Origin: Callorhinchus milii
Lineage: Eukaryota
Assembly (NCBI RefSeq): GCF_018977255.1
Contig: NW_024704743.1
Coordinates: 108,998,001 to 109,062,000, forward strand
Direction of reading: 5' to 3'
Length of the DNA: 64,000 bases
Shown: positions 38,263 through 52,204 of the stretch, piece after piece
Layout: each line of letters opens with the position of its first letter
How positions within the stretch are numbered: the first letter of the stretch is position 1
The notes under the pieces: model-generated
What the model was told of the DNA's origin: nothing
Databases searched by the model: none
What the model saw: only the letters and a program-made list of their open reading frames with translations
Program-made: the position numbers and the translations under genes

Positions 38263-38587
38263 GAGTCCTGTAGCTCAGTTGTTAGAGCGCTCGCTTTGCA
38301 AGCGAGAGACCTGAGTTCAATTCCAGGCAGGGCGAAACCTTGGGCAAGTTTTCTTACTCCACACGCCTAATAATAATCCCTCCAAAAAAACTAACCAATA
38401 ATAAATTGGTCATTTTCAATCTACGATTGTTTGTGGGACATTGCTGTGCGCAATTGGCTGCCCCGTTCGCCCACAAATATACAGTCAATTCACTTTACAG
38501 TGTGTTATGTGAAGCGCTTTGGGACGTCCTCCCGACGTGAAAAGCGCTATATCAAATGCAAGGATTATTATTATTATTATTATTATT
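38263..38587 (+). mobile_element. tRNA-derived SINE, short (younger) form
   Basis: tRNA-Ala-like head (TCGCTTTGCAAGCGA). Lacks the ~55 bp internal segment. Tail is GGGACGTCCTCCCGACGTGAAAAGCGC plus (ATT)n. Confidence 0.92.
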
Positions 38588-38732
38588 AAACAGAGAATAC
38601 AAATCTATCTAGCAATTTGTAAACATACTAAAAATGTTGTGTTGTGTATTGATGTAGGCTACTTACCATTCTCCTCTGATCAGAAAACATACCCAAATCA
38701 ATAATGTACTGTAGACTGCACAGAACAAAATA

Positions 38733-39021
38733 CAGTAAATTCTTGATAACTCGTCACTCCGAGGAAATAGAGCTCAGTAGCAAGTTATCGGATAGCGAGT
38801 TAGGCATATATATAATAATAATAATAATAATCCTTGCATTTGATATAGCGCTTTTCACGTCGGAAGGACGTCCCAAAGCGCTTCACAGAACACAGAACAC
38901 ACTGTGTTCACAGAACACATATGTATAAATACATAAATAAATGCAGCTGGGTTATTGACAACATGATGACTTAAGTGGTAGTGACAAATTAAGACAGGGT
39001 CGACTTATCAGGAGTCTACTG
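38733..39021. mobile_element. Tc1/mariner (Tigger/pogo-like) MITE with TA target duplication, interrupted by a SINE tail (~38811-38915)
   Basis: TA|CAGTAAATTCTTGATAACTCG ... CGACTTATCAGGAGTCTACTG|TA: 21 bp TIRs with 4 mismatches. Confidence 0.8.
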
Positions 39022-39341
39022 TAATCCCTTTGTCTCTGTAGGGTGGTAGGTTCTTTGGTACCTCATACCAAATGAGACTCATGCTTTTGGATAAGGTTTT
39101 TGCATTTATTGTAGTCTGCAATGACATTTCTGCACTGATAGATCAATGGGGAAAAGGACAAATTTTTCACCACTTGCTTGTTTCAATCAGGTTAGGAAAA
39201 AAAAGGGAACTTGCATTTGAAAGCACCAGATCACGTTGAAAATTATCATAGAAGATCACAAATGATTTCGGTTTTCGTAGAAGAATGCAGTTAGCAGCCA
39301 GTCACGCCAGTAAAGTCCTACTAACATTTATGTGGTGAAAT

Positions 39342-39713
39342 GGAGTCCTGTAGCTTAGTGATTAAAGCGCTCACCTTGCAAGCGAGGACTGGGTTTGATT
39401 TCCGGTCAGGGCGAAATGTTGGGCAAGTTTCCTTACTCCACACACCTCCGGTTACCTAGCAATAATTAGGAACCCGGTTGTTAGTCGATTGGCAGATCAC
39501 TTTTCCAACGATAATAATCCTCNAAAAAAAACACAATAATAATTTGGTCACTCAATCCACGACTGTTTGTGGGACACTACTGTGCACAATTGGCTGTTGC
39601 GTTTTGGCTACAAAATATATAGTCAATTCACTTTACAGTATATTCTGTGGAGTGCTTTGAGATGTCTAGAAAATGTGATAAGGCACTATATCAAATGCAA
39701 GGATTATTATTAT
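39342..39713 (+). mobile_element. tRNA-derived SINE, long form
   Basis: Full head-to-tail match to the other copies. Confidence 0.9.
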
Positions 39714-42447
39714 AGGATTAAAATTAATCTGAAGGTTTAACAAAGCAGTTGCACTCTCATCAATCAGTGGATTGAATGTTGTTGCAAAGCTTCCAGGTAA
39801 CTGAAACACTTTGGCAAGTTGTGGAAGCTGCAAATAAATCAAATGATAAATATTGCCACAGGATAATACGATATGGCTTTACATTCATAATTGTCTCATG
39901 TGACAATTTCCCAATTTTAGCCATGCCATCAAGGTTGCAAAGGATTTATAAATTAATGAGAGCTGGTTGCACATTAGGTTTGGTAGAGGTCTGGAAAAAG
40001 ATCACTTGGAAAACCTTTCTTTCCTTTCCATTCCACCCAACTGTAGAAACCCTTTGTTTCTGTTTATTTTTCTTTCTTAATCTCATTTCCAGTATTTCAC
40101 CTATTTGTTCAGGGTAACACTGAAACAGCAATGGCACAGTAAGTCACAAAGAAGGAGAAATGTAAGAATAAATTATATTTTGTACTATTTGAACAATGCC
40201 ATTTCTTCATTGTCTCTACTTCGTTCTCTAATTTTCTCTGCCCCCCTCCCCCCCCCCCCAGTTCTCCCCTCCCCGTCCTGTTGGTGTTGACTCACACTGG
40301 ATTCCTGTTCAGCAGATACAAGGCAGCTTCCAGCATCTCACCCAAAAAAGACAATTCTTTATGTGTGAACTTGCACAATGAGTGTCAAAAGGAAGGTAAT
40401 CATGGAAGACAACACAACCAAGCCACATCTCTTACTAATCTGACACCTAAACAAATGCACAATACAGGAGGGGCCACTAGGTAGTAATCGCTAATGGGAA
40501 ACATAGTCAATGATTATTTTAAGCCCGAAGTGGATCAGATCAGATTTCTGTTCTGATGCAATCTACTGCTGGAGTGGATGGAGTACCTTATTAAGGAATT
40601 GCGATAAGAAATACCACATTTTAATCCAATTTCGGCAATTTCTTCCTCATCTATGCATAATTGGCTGCTGTGTTTCGCCCACAAAATATACGGTCAATTC
40701 ACTTTACAGTATATTCTGTGAAGCGCTTTGAGACGTCTCACAGACATGATAAGGCACTATATCAAATGCAAGGATTATTATTATGAATATTTTCACATAA
40801 CAGTGACATGACAGATGCTTATGCAATGCTAATGATGTTCACATCAAAATGCATGCAACTCAGTAACCAAAATGTCACAGGAGGAGAATAAAGATACCAC
40901 CTAAACTTCAGACAAGGAGTTTGTCAGTGTATTATTAATAACAAGTAGAACAGATGATTCATTGTTCTTATAAAAATATATCCCGCCCAAAGGTGATGAA
41001 AACTGATTATAAATCTCATAAAAAGATGTTCTCATAAACTTCCCTATGTTTGCTGTTTCTTTGTAGCCTTGTAAACAATCAGTACTGCTCTGAACTGTGC
41101 TCTCATTCTCAGAGTAGACCAGGGTGGTGTCTACACAATCTGATATCTACAAACTGAAGGTCATTGTTTTAAAGAGAAAAACAATACATTGTAAATCCTA
41201 ATTTGCTGGATTTTTTTTCAGATTTTGCCAGTTCGATATTCAGCCTTCACCATTTTTTGATCTTGATGAGACTCTTGTCAATCGATATTTGTAAACTGGA
41301 AGTTATAATGAAACAAATCCAGTTTGCAAATCGCAGACTTTAGATCTATTTGGCACTAACTTTATTGTCCTGCTTTGGCCTACGAACAGCAGATGTTAGT
41401 GCTTTTCTGTCTACAAATAAACATCCAGTATTTCATAAAATATTCAATGTGTTCACATCAAATCTGTCATGAAACAATGGATTTTTCACCCCAATAAGTG
41501 ATAAGACTAATCCCTTTCATATGCCAGTTTGTCATGATCCAAGTCAATTTTCTTCAAAAGAGCAACAGTTGCCATGGATCTGTTGCAATACATTCTATTG
41601 TGGGACAGAAATTGTTGTAGCTGGAGTCCTGAGAATCTCTAGTATTGCACTGCAGTGGACAAGGATGTCTGAAGGAATATTTACAGGTTATTTATTTATA
41701 AGTAATGATTGAAATTATGTGCGTCGCTCCAGTGCTCAGGTATCTGCCAGTATCATTGGTGGCAGACTTGTTCGGATCATGTTGTTTCAACACTGTGGGC
41801 TATTTGGAAAGCACTCATCTGGGAGGAGCTCGTGAATATTATCTTCTGGAATTACGCAGAAGCAGGATTCTGACTAATCTTTTGAGGTCACTCTGAGGCA
41901 AAATGTAACCCTTTAACTATTAAGAATTTCAGGAATGCCCATTATTTTAATGGGATTTGGTAAGCCAGCGAGGATGTGACGTAAAGCTAAAGGGTCAAGG
42001 CTAAGGGTGGTGCACGGTGGCAGTGGTGTACACAGAAAGTAGGTGCCAATTTCTCCTCCCTCTCAAGTTATTCAAAACAACCTCAAATTTCTGCGAGGTT
42101 AACAGAGTTCTTGTCGACTGCTTTGTAATCATGTTAAAAATGGCAAGATTTATCAAACCAGTGCTTTAAAAAATTTTCGTTCCTTGTTCACCCGCAGTAC
42201 TGAGTTTTTACCATGACTCATCCCAAATTTGCAAACTGGATTGTTTTATAAAATCTTACAGTTTACAAATATCGAATGACAAGAATACATTCTTGACCTA
42301 TTCCTCAACCAAAGATTAGAGTCTACTTATGAGAGGGGAGGGGAGGGAAAGGGGCAGCAATCAGATGGAAAGTTGTCCACACAAAATTTTTGCACATTCA
42401 ACTTGCATTTATATAGTGCACTTCACTCAGGGCAGCATCTCAGAGTG

Positions 42448-42704
42448 GGCTCTGGAACTCCATCCCCCAGTGCCTTCGCCTTGCTTCCTCCCTTTCCTCC
42501 TTGAAGGCCGGTCTCAAGACCTTTCTCTTTGACCGTGCCTTCAGCTCCCCTCTCGATTCTCTACCCTCTCCCCGCTCCCTCCCTTCCCTCCTCTCATCCT
42601 GACCATTTCCCCGCTGCTCGGGTCCTGATCCAACTGTCCAGCGCCTTGGGACGTCCTCCCGACGTGAAAGGCGCTCTATAAATGAAATCTTGTTGTTGTT
42701 GTTG
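42448..42704 (+). mobile_element. Young L2 3' end
   Basis: Near-identical to 31787-32139 but with one minisatellite unit. Confidence 0.92.
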
Positions 42705-44492
42705 TGACCTGGGTTCGATTGCTGGATGGGGCGAAGCAAGTTTCCTTATTCCACACTACAATGTGCAATTGGCTGCCGCTTTTTGCCCACTAAATAGACA
42801 GTCAATCCACTTTACAGTATATTCTGTGAAGCCCTTTGAAGATGTGAAATCAAATGCAAGGATTATTATTAATGAGCTCATTTCATTTTTTAAATATAAT
42901 AACATTAAATAGTTTTACCTCATTGACAATCACTTTTAGGGATTGAACAAAGATCTTGCACTTTCATTGGACCTTTTTACAGGCTTCACAATTAAATAGG
43001 TGTCACCTTGTTTCAGTGTAGCACTCTCACCTCTTTGTCGGAAAGATTAATGGTTCAAGCTCTTTAAATTCACATAATCTAGGATGATACTCCAATGCTG
43101 TGCTGGGGTTGCGCTGCATTGTTGGAGTTGCTGTTCTTCAGTTGACACTTTAACAACAATAACAAATTACATTTCTATAGCTCTTTTCACGTCAGAAAGT
43201 TTTAAATGGTTATTTACTGGTTGTACTGATATTGCTCTTTGTAACTTTGAGCCCATGCACTCACCTGTATTTTCCAAAATTCTGCACAATCTTAAGCAGT
43301 GGTCTTACAAGGTTAAGATCTTGAGAAAGTTTGGGCCACATTTGAACCAAAGGTCCGAGCTGTAATTATCAGAAGGAGACTCAAGCAGGTCCTGTTGTAC
43401 CCTTATGTAGTCTTAGTGTCTGTCTAAAACTAACTTGGATTGGAGTTTGAAAATCCTCTAAAATTTCAACCAATATTAATTTGTGATTTTTTTGTTCCCC
43501 ATCCCATGTGTTTTTCTTAGCCAAACAAGTTGATTAGACCCATTGCCAGCTGTGTGTCAATGCCACCTTCCTTGAGAGTCTGTTGGGAGGATGACAGAAG
43601 CTGCTTCATTCCACAAACACCCAGTCTCTCCATATTCATCGTAGGAGGGCTTGGAACAACGCAAGCAAAAAGGTATTGAAAGGTAGAAACCTAGCAACTG
43701 AGGTACACCAGCCTCACAGTAAGGAATCATAAATATCATAATTCCCATCTACAGAGGCCAGCCCGAGAAAAAACAATACAGACTCTGCATTTGTGAGATC
43801 AGGCCAGGGAATCTGCCTTCAGAGACAGCTGACAAACAGAAGCAGTTGAAAGCCTTCAATGAAGTCAGTCGTCTATGAGTTGTAAGTTGATGCCAGAAGT
43901 TGGGGTTAATGACCCTGCAATTGCTTTCAGGATGTTGTCAGTTTCTTCCAATTATTTGCTGAGTTGGTTCTGGAGTAGCTTTCTTCGATTTTTCTCTGGG
44001 ACTCTTATCAAGGCTTGAATCTACATTCACACTGCCAGGATTTGAGACACAGCAAAAGGTACAAATCAGCTGGAAATGGGGATGTGCTGGTTTGTTACCG
44101 AAAGCAGGCATTTCGCCTGACTGAAGAACCTTTTGTTCCCTGAGAAGAGGCTGTCGGCACTGTCGAGAAAAATAACCTAATGTTAGAAGCCACACACAGG
44201 AATCTTTTTGTGTTGTGAAGCATTCCAAAGCAACGTGAAAACAATAATAACAAGATTACATTTGTATAGCGCCTTTCACGTCGGGAGGACGTCCCAAGGT
44301 TCTGAAACATGAGGAAAGTTGCTATGTGAAGAGCGCTGAGCAGTTTTTATTTGGTTGGGGGTTACTAAGTTGCAGCATTGGAGACCCCAAATAACCATAA
44401 GGCTAAGATATCCACGTGGAATCCAGAGAGGTTCACAGAGAATTATTCATCAAATGGGACAGAACAATTTAATGGCAATGATTGCTAATAAT

Positions 44493-44985
44493 GGCAGTAC
44501 TATGTGGCTCAGTTGATAGTACTCTCACTCCTGGGTCAGAAGGTTGGGGATTTAAGTCACACGTCAGAACTTGGAACCCATATAGTCCATGCTGGCACTG
44601 CAATGCAGTGCTGAGAGTGTGCTGTTTTGTTAGATAGTGCCATACTTCAGTTGAGATATTAAACCAAGGTCCCATCTGCCTGTCCAAGTGGATGTCAAAG
44701 ATCCCTCAGCTCCCCATTCTGCCAGGGCCACGTACTAATTGCAACCAAGACATTTTTCATCATTGACATTATTTTGAAAAGAGAATGGAGTTTCTTCTGC
44801 TTTCCTGGACAACAATCCTCCAAATAAAATTGGCTGTTTGTTGCACATTGCTGTCCGCAAATTGGCTGCTGTGTTCACCCTCAAAATACACAGTCATTAT
44901 ACTTTGCAGTATATCCATTGAAGTGTTTTGAGACGTCTCAACAACGTGATAAGGCGCTATATCAAATGCAATGATTAATATTATT
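44493..44985 (+). mobile_element. Deu-domain SINE (SacSINE1/AmnSINE1-like), near full length
   Basis: tRNA head GTGGCTCAGTTGATAGTACTCTC..GTCAGAAGGTT, Deu-like core GAGATATTAAACCAAGGTCCCATCTGCCTG..GTGGATGTCAAAGATCCC, and an L2-like tail. Confidence 0.8.
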
Positions 44986-45534
44986 AAAAAGCCTTTGTCT
45001 ATACTCAGAATCCTTTTCTTAAAAGTACTAATATCACATAATGAATCTGATCACAAAATGTCAGGGTTCAACAATAGGCAAAATAAATATAATAAATGCA
45101 AACTATTATTTTCCATTTTACGAAGAACATTGGTGGAGTTTGGTAATACAGAATTGTGCAATAGAAGCAGATTTCGCCCACAAATATACAGTCGATTCAC
45201 TTTACATTATAATCTGTGAAGCACTTTGAGATGTCTAGAAGACATGAAAAGCGCTATATCAAATGCAAGGATTATTATTATTATAGATTGATAAAGGACA
45301 TGAGATAGATGTGTTGAAAACAGTCTGTAAACAGCACCATCATATGGTAAAACTCTAGAAATGCAGTCATTGGATTCTCACTTTGTTCATATGTGTACCA
45401 CACATGAAGAAACCACATCATTTGCAGTGGGTCTAATTTCACACAATGGCTAATGTGATTTCTGAAAGTCAGAAAAGTGTAACAAAAAAAGCCTGGAGCG
45501 GTGCACCATCTGGCAATTTGGTGTTAATTTGGCA

Positions 45535-46525
45535 ATTTGGAGCTAACTTTCTTCAGTTGAATGTCAACAAGACCGAGGCTCTCCTGGTTGGGCTTTGAAG
45601 GTTTTCGCCCACAAATATACGGTCAATTCACTTTACAGTCTATTCTATGAAGTGCTTTGAGACGTTGAGAAGACATGAAAAGCGCTATATCAAATGCAAG
45701 GATTATTATTATTATAATATTATTGGCTCCCATCAGCGCCTCCACACCTCAGGCGCTGACAGCATCACCATCCATGGATGCACACTCCACCTTGCTAAGC
45801 CACTCCGGAACCTTGGCATCTTGTTTGACCCTCAACTATCCTTTATACCCCACATCCATGCCATGACCCGCTCGGCTTTCACCCCACCTGCGCAACATTG
45901 CCCAGCTCCGCCGAAACCGTCATACATGCATTCATAACATCGAGGCTTGACTATGCAAGCTCCTTGCTTGTCGGCCTCCCCAACTCCTCCCTCCATAGGC
46001 AGGTAATCCAGAACTCTGCAGCCCATGTCCTCTCCTGCACTAGGCTCTACAACCCTATCACCCCCATCCTCGCCTGACTCCACTGGCTTCCCATCGCACA
46101 GAGGATACAGTCAAGATCCTGGTTCTCACCTTCTAAGCCCTCCACAGTTTTGCTCAACCCTACCTCTGCAACCTCCTAACCCCCCTACCATCCTGCTCAC
46201 TCCCTCCGCTCAGTGGGCTCCGGCCTGCTCATGTCCCCTGCCTCGCTCATCCCACTATTGGCGGGTGGGCCTTCCGTCACTCTGCCCTCACCCTCTGGAA
46301 CTCCATACTGCAGTCCCTCCGCCTCGCCCCCTCCCTTGCCATCTTCAAGACCCATCTCAAGACCCTCCTCTTTGACCGTGCTTTCGATTTCCCTGCTTCC
46401 CCCACTGCCCTCCACCCTCCCCGACCCTGACCCCCAGCTTGGGTCCATAACTCTGTCTGTCCAGCGCCTTGGGCCACCCTCCTGACGTGAAAGGTGCTTT
46501 ACAAATGTAATTTTGTTATTGTTGT
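45535..46525 (+). mobile_element. L2 copy interrupted by a SINE 3' fragment (~45592-45722)
   Basis: NFLQLNVNKTEALL [SINE] IGSHQRL..LRNLGILFDPQLSF. Tail at ~46520. Confidence 0.9.
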
Positions 46526-47670
46526 AATTTGTAGAGGGTCAATTTAAGTTGGTCCACACACACACAGTCACTACACTTCACAGTAAAATCCTGTGAAGTG
46601 TTTTGAAACGTTTCAAAGTTGTAATAAGGTGCTATAACATATGCAATAATTATTATTGTAGACAGTGTTTCGGAGATTTTTTTCCATTATTGAACTCTGT
46701 CTTTAGATCTTGATACAACTTTCTATTTTTTTAAAAATATTTCAATATGTTAAGAAAACATGTGTGTTATAGCACCTTATCAAGTCAAAACATCTTAAAG
46801 CCCTGCACAAGTAAATATTGTCAAGTATGGGGCCTTTTTTTTAAAGGCAATCCCAGCAACCAAGTTCCCACAAACAGTCTTGAGGTGAACGACCAATTTA
46901 TCAGGAGGATTATTGAGAGACTGGAAGATACTTCCTCTTTTATAATAGTGTCATAGGATGGATAACATCCATCTAAAAACAGGCAGATGGGAGCTCAGTT
47001 TAACATCTCATCTGGAGGACAGACGGACCTAAAAGTACAAGGAAGTTGGAACATTAAAATTATTAACACAATCAAAGAAAAATGTATAAAAAACACGAAA
47101 TCATGTGTAAAAAAAACACTTTTTTTATGATTTCAGGAATACTAATTATCATAAACATCAACAACAACAACAACTTGCATAGTGCTATTCATGTTGGATG
47201 ACATCTTGCAGTGCTTCACAAAGAAAGACAGGGATAAATGCTGAGAAAGGGAGGAGAGGTGACCGTAAGCATGGTCCAAGAGGTAGGTTTTTAGGGGCAA
47301 ATTAAAGACTGATGGAGAGGGTAGAGTAGAGGGCGTTCCAGAAGTTAGGAGTATAGTTGCCGAAGATTTGGCGCTCGTTCAGAAGCAAAAGGTTTAGTAA
47401 TGTGCCAAGATTGCTTGACTTTATTAATCAATTTTTTTCGGAGATGAATAAGTAAAATGACGAATCAATTTATTGTGATGTTTATGGTGATAAGTATTCC
47501 TAAATGATAAACCGTGTTTTGTTTACACATTCTTTGACTGGTGTTGGTGCTCACCAAGGATTCCTCAATACAGTATTTCCTGCAGTTAAATTTGTGAATT
47601 GGTGGCAGAGTTTGAATTTTTCCTTCTAGTTTGTCTTGGCAAACCAGAGATTCTTTCTCTTTGTCTGGAG

Positions 47671-48870
47671 ACAACATCAACAACAACTTGGATTTATATA
47701 GGGCCCTCCACGCCCGACGGCGTCTCAGAGCACTTTACAGTAGAGGATCCCGGGGCCGAGCCAGGGGGAGAGGGGGAAAGGTGACCAAAGTCGAAAAGAA
47801 AGGTCTTCAGCAGAGACCTGAAAATGGGAAGGGAGGGAGCGAGACGAAGGGAGTGAGGAAGGGAGTTCCAGAGCCTCGGGGCATAGTGGCTGAAGGCACG
47901 GCTGCCGAGGGTGGAGCGGAGGACTCAGGGGACGAGGAGGAGGCCAGACCTGGAGGAACAAAGGCAACGGGTACTGTTTTGAGGAGAAAGGAGGTCAGAG
48001 AAGTCGGGGGGTGCAGAGGAGTGCAGAGACTTGAATACAAGGATGAGGATCTTGAAATTGATCCTCTCTGAGATAGGCAGCCAGTGTAGTCTGGCAAGGA
48101 CTGGGGTGATTGGGGAGTGTAGTTTCGTGCGGGTGAGAATGCGGGCAGCAGAGTTTTGAATGATTTGGATTTTATGGATGGTAGTGGATGGGAGCCTGGC
48201 GAGTAGGGCGTTGAAGTAGTCCAGCAGAGAGGTGACAAAGGCATGGACCAGGGTTTCAGCAGCTTTTGGGGAGAGGCGGTGCTGGTGAGGGACCAGATGT
48301 GGGGGTGGAAGGATAATTGGGGGTCGAACCTGATGCCTAGGTTGCGTACGGGTTCGGAGAGTTTTAGGGGGAGGTCGGGTAGGTGAAGGAGGTGAGAGCC
48401 GTGAGATTTTAGATGTTGATGAGAGCCAAAGAGTATGGCTTTCGTCTTGTCAACGTTCAGCTGAAGGAAGTTTGCGCTCATCCAGCCCCTGAGATCTGAC
48501 AGGCAGGCTGACAGAACATCAGGGGACTGGGGGTCGCAAAGAGAAGTGTATGGGTGTCGTCCGCATACATGTGGAAATGTACCCCATGTCTATGGATGAC
48601 ATCCCCAAGAGGGAGCATGTAGATCAGAAAGAGGAGGGGGCCAAGGATGGATCCTTGGGGTACCCCACAGGTGACCGGGTGAGAGGAGGAGAAGCCGTTT
48701 GTGCAGATGTACTGCTGGCGGTTTGTGAGGTAGGACTCGAACCAGAGGTGGATGAAGGAGGAAAGGCGGAGGAGGAGGATGGCGTGATCGACTGTGTCGA
48801 ACGCGGCGAAGAGGTCCAGGAGGACAAGGAGGCAGAGGGAGCCCTGGTCACAGACACAGGAAATGATGTC
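47671..48870 (-). mobile_element. L2 (second subfamily) with RT core, internally deleted
   Basis: Reverse strand gives LLVLLDLFAAFDTVDH, GVPQGSILGPLLF, FHMYADDT and NFLQLNVDKTKAILFG. Tail near 47671. Confidence 0.93.
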
Positions 48871-50319
48871 CCTCTAGACTGCTCTCCCACAATATATGTG
48901 AAACCTTGGGAGAATGTTAATCTGGTTAAAAAAAAGACTGTCTCTTGTAGGAGCGAGGCCAATTCTAGCATCACAATTGTTATCCTGGCTGAGATCAGCT
49001 AACTCAGCGCAGACACACTGCAACACACTGCAACACACTGGCTTGTACAGCCGAGCATTCATCTGCCAGTGCTTTTACCAACTAGCTCATCAGAGGAGCT
49101 TCATAAACACTACTTTTAGCAAACAAATTACATGGCAGAGATTTATTCACAAAACAGGATAACACGGGAATAGGGAGCTAAAGAACAAAAATGTTCTGGT
49201 TACTTTGAATCCAATTAATTCATTTACAATATATTACTGCATCTTTGTTAAGTATGTACTGTCTTAACAGGGGCTTTATTGATATCTCTTGTTACATTGC
49301 AAAGAATTCAAAAATATTTCAAAAAATGAAAATGTTGGTGGAAAGGATTGCAAGTTGTCAAGGTCAGATTTATCCAGAGGGTCATGTCTGTCCTCCATAG
49401 CATCACCAGCAGTATATGAAACTCTTATTTAGTCTTAAACACTGCAGGCATTAAAATGTAGTTTATAACTATAAGACTGAGTTATTGTTACTGACAGCAA
49501 GTTTAAAGTCTGCTCCTGCTGTCAGGAGCATTAACTCAATCTTAAAATCCCACATGTTAATGCCTGCAGTATTAAAATTGACTTGGGTTTTCCACTTCTG
49601 ACAGGCTTTTCTATGGAGAAGGCAGATACAACATATATGAGGATCCCAAGTTGAAGAAATCTCAATTGAAATCAATATTTATTTGCACCTTTTTGTACAC
49701 CTTATCTGTCCGTGCACCTTTCCCTGCCAGCTGTCAGCCGATACCACAGTGCCATAGGATCTTTAACCTGAGCAGGCAGACAGTCTCTCTAATTAAAGTC
49801 TCATTGAATGGATGACATCTAAAACAATATAGTGCTGGTCCAGGACTGTAGTGGAGTGTTAGCCACCCTAGACAAGGCGTTCAAAGTCCTGGGGTTTGAA
49901 CTCACAGCTGCTGACTCAAGATACGAGAGTTCTACCAACTGTGCCAGACTGACGCAAATGTCATTATTGAGTAAAATGAGAGTCTATTGGTGGCTGCCTG
50001 TACAAACACATGAAAATAGACAATGACATTTGTTTATGCCCTTTTAAATGCTGCAGTATAATGCAACTTTTGCTTTGCCCTAACCCAAGCTGCAGTTTTA
50101 AAATAGCACACAAGTGAAAAAATATAAATGACTTGAAATTATGCTGTTACTCTTCGCAAAAGTTAGGCTTTTTAATGTCTAGTCGTCACCTCTCCACTGA
50201 CAGTATAATTTTGTAAAACAAATTGCAGACGATGAAAGTAGACAGGCATATCAAATCCAAGGAATATTATTATTATTATTATATATGAAAGAGAGGGGCT
50301 TGAAACAGTATGGGGATGA

Positions 50320-50490
50320 ACAACAACAACTTGCCCTTATATGGCATCCTCCACGCAGGGCAGCATCTCAGAGCGCTTAACAATGGCAGAGCCCAAGCCT
50401 GAGCTGGGGGTGGGGGGGGGAGTTGACTGTATGCACAATCGAAGAGGGAGTTTTTCAGGCAAGAGTTGAAAAAGGGGAGAGGGAGCAAGG
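50320..50490 (-). mobile_element. L2 3' end fragment
   Basis: (CAA)n followed by the reverse L2 tail and an LKNSLFD motif. Confidence 0.7.
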
Positions 50491-52204
50491 CGGACTTTTC
50501 TTATCTCCAATTCTCAAGGTTCCTATCATAGCTTGTGAATGACAAGGTATATTTGACAGTGTTATCAATGATTTAAAAAAGCTGAAGAAATGAATGGGAG
50601 GAGCAAAGGCAGCGATGGATAGCAATATAGATGATGCAGAATAAAGAACTGTTACGGTTCCATAGTCAGCCTTCAAACACCACTGTAGCATGTGATGTAT
50701 TCCTGTGAACAAAGGAAACATACAGAGGCTTGAAATGAATCTGTAAACTGCCATGGAGACCTTTATCTTTATATGGACCTGAAATACAGTTAAAAAACTG
50801 GCTTTCAAAAAAAAATTTCGGTAAGCATCGGCTTCAATAGCCAAATATACAGTGCAAACTATTGCAAAACATTCTGACTGTGTGCAGTAGCTATTTCAGA
50901 ATCAATGAAAGGTACATTGCAAAGTTATCGATTGTCACCTTAACTCTGGGAAAACGTGCATTCTGTTTGAGGTTATGAACTCTGATGAGTGCAATAATTC
51001 GTCTTGTAAAACAAAAGTAAATATTTGCAGTGTATATGACGTTAATAGGTAGACAAGCAAAAGCTCTGGCAGGACTCCGGCTGCAAAATAAACAGAGAAT
51101 TGCTCTCCCTCAAACAAAAAGTGCTTTTGGAAAGGAATACGCAACACATAAGAGTAAAGATCCCTGAAAATGTTGGATTAATGATTTATGGGAAACTCTA
51201 AATTGCTCCACCCTTGCACACAATTTTTTTTCTGAAGCCTTTATAAGAATTTCACCAGTGACAGAAAAAAATCACTTAAAAAGTAATGAGTGATTTCTGA
51301 CTCACACTCAAGTACAAATTATATCATGTCCTGGCACCTCCCTACCCCTCTGACCAGTTTACAACTCGTTCCTCTGCTCGCTCCCTTCAGCTGGCTTGGG
51401 CCTCCTGCACAGGCTTTCATCTCTCCTGCTGCTGTTTGGGTAAAATAGTAAGTAAAAGGATGAGCACAGATGACTGAATAATCTTTTCCAAACCTTGACT
51501 TTTCTATTGTTCTTATTGTAAATTGTGCAAGGCTCATGGAAGGGAAAGCCTTTTCCCATTCCATGATCATCACAGGATCACAAGAGAGGATCAGGATGAA
51601 GAAAGCCTTTCAACCCATTGATCTCATCCCTCCATCACACTGACCCTACCATCCTCTCATCCCAGCATCGAGCTGTTTTTAAATGAGTCCAGTGTCCTGG
51701 TCTCAACCATACTTTGTGGTAACCCATCCCAAGAAATTGTTCTTATTGCACTTGCTAACATAAGAATACAAGATAGTTTTCTTGTAAATCTCAATGATAA
51801 AATACAGAAACTCTGTTGTAACCACAGATTTTTCTCACACGTTATTTACTGTGTCCTTTTGTGAAATATTTTAAAATGTCATTCGCATAAGATTTAATGT
51901 TGTTAATAGATTAACTTCATGTATATGTCAGCATGGATATGATACAAAGAAGTACGTTATTGCAATGTCATTTCCTGAGCAATGAACCCATTTTTGTAAC
52001 CTTGAATCATTGATGTTTAGGTGAACTGTATTTCTTTTAATCCACCTCATCAATTCACAGATATTCTACAAAGCAAAGTGTGTAATGGAAATTATTTACA
52101 AATAGATCTCACGTGCCTGAAGATTCTACAATAAACAAAGTATAACGGCTATTGCACTCTAATTCTCTAATTCCACGGTGACTGAAACTTCTTAAATGTT
52201 GCAC

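Noticed and set aside
38263..38335. tRNA-Ala(TGC) genes at the SINE heads
   Set aside because: The acceptor stem does not close properly and each head continues into the SINE body and tail.
41521..41712. FSSKEQQ resembling the TRIM55 N-terminus
   Set aside because: No following LEKQLICPIC RING motif in the frames checked; a chance match.
50590..50790. Possible minus-strand exon after TATTTCAG
   Set aside because: No recognisable protein similarity or partner exons.
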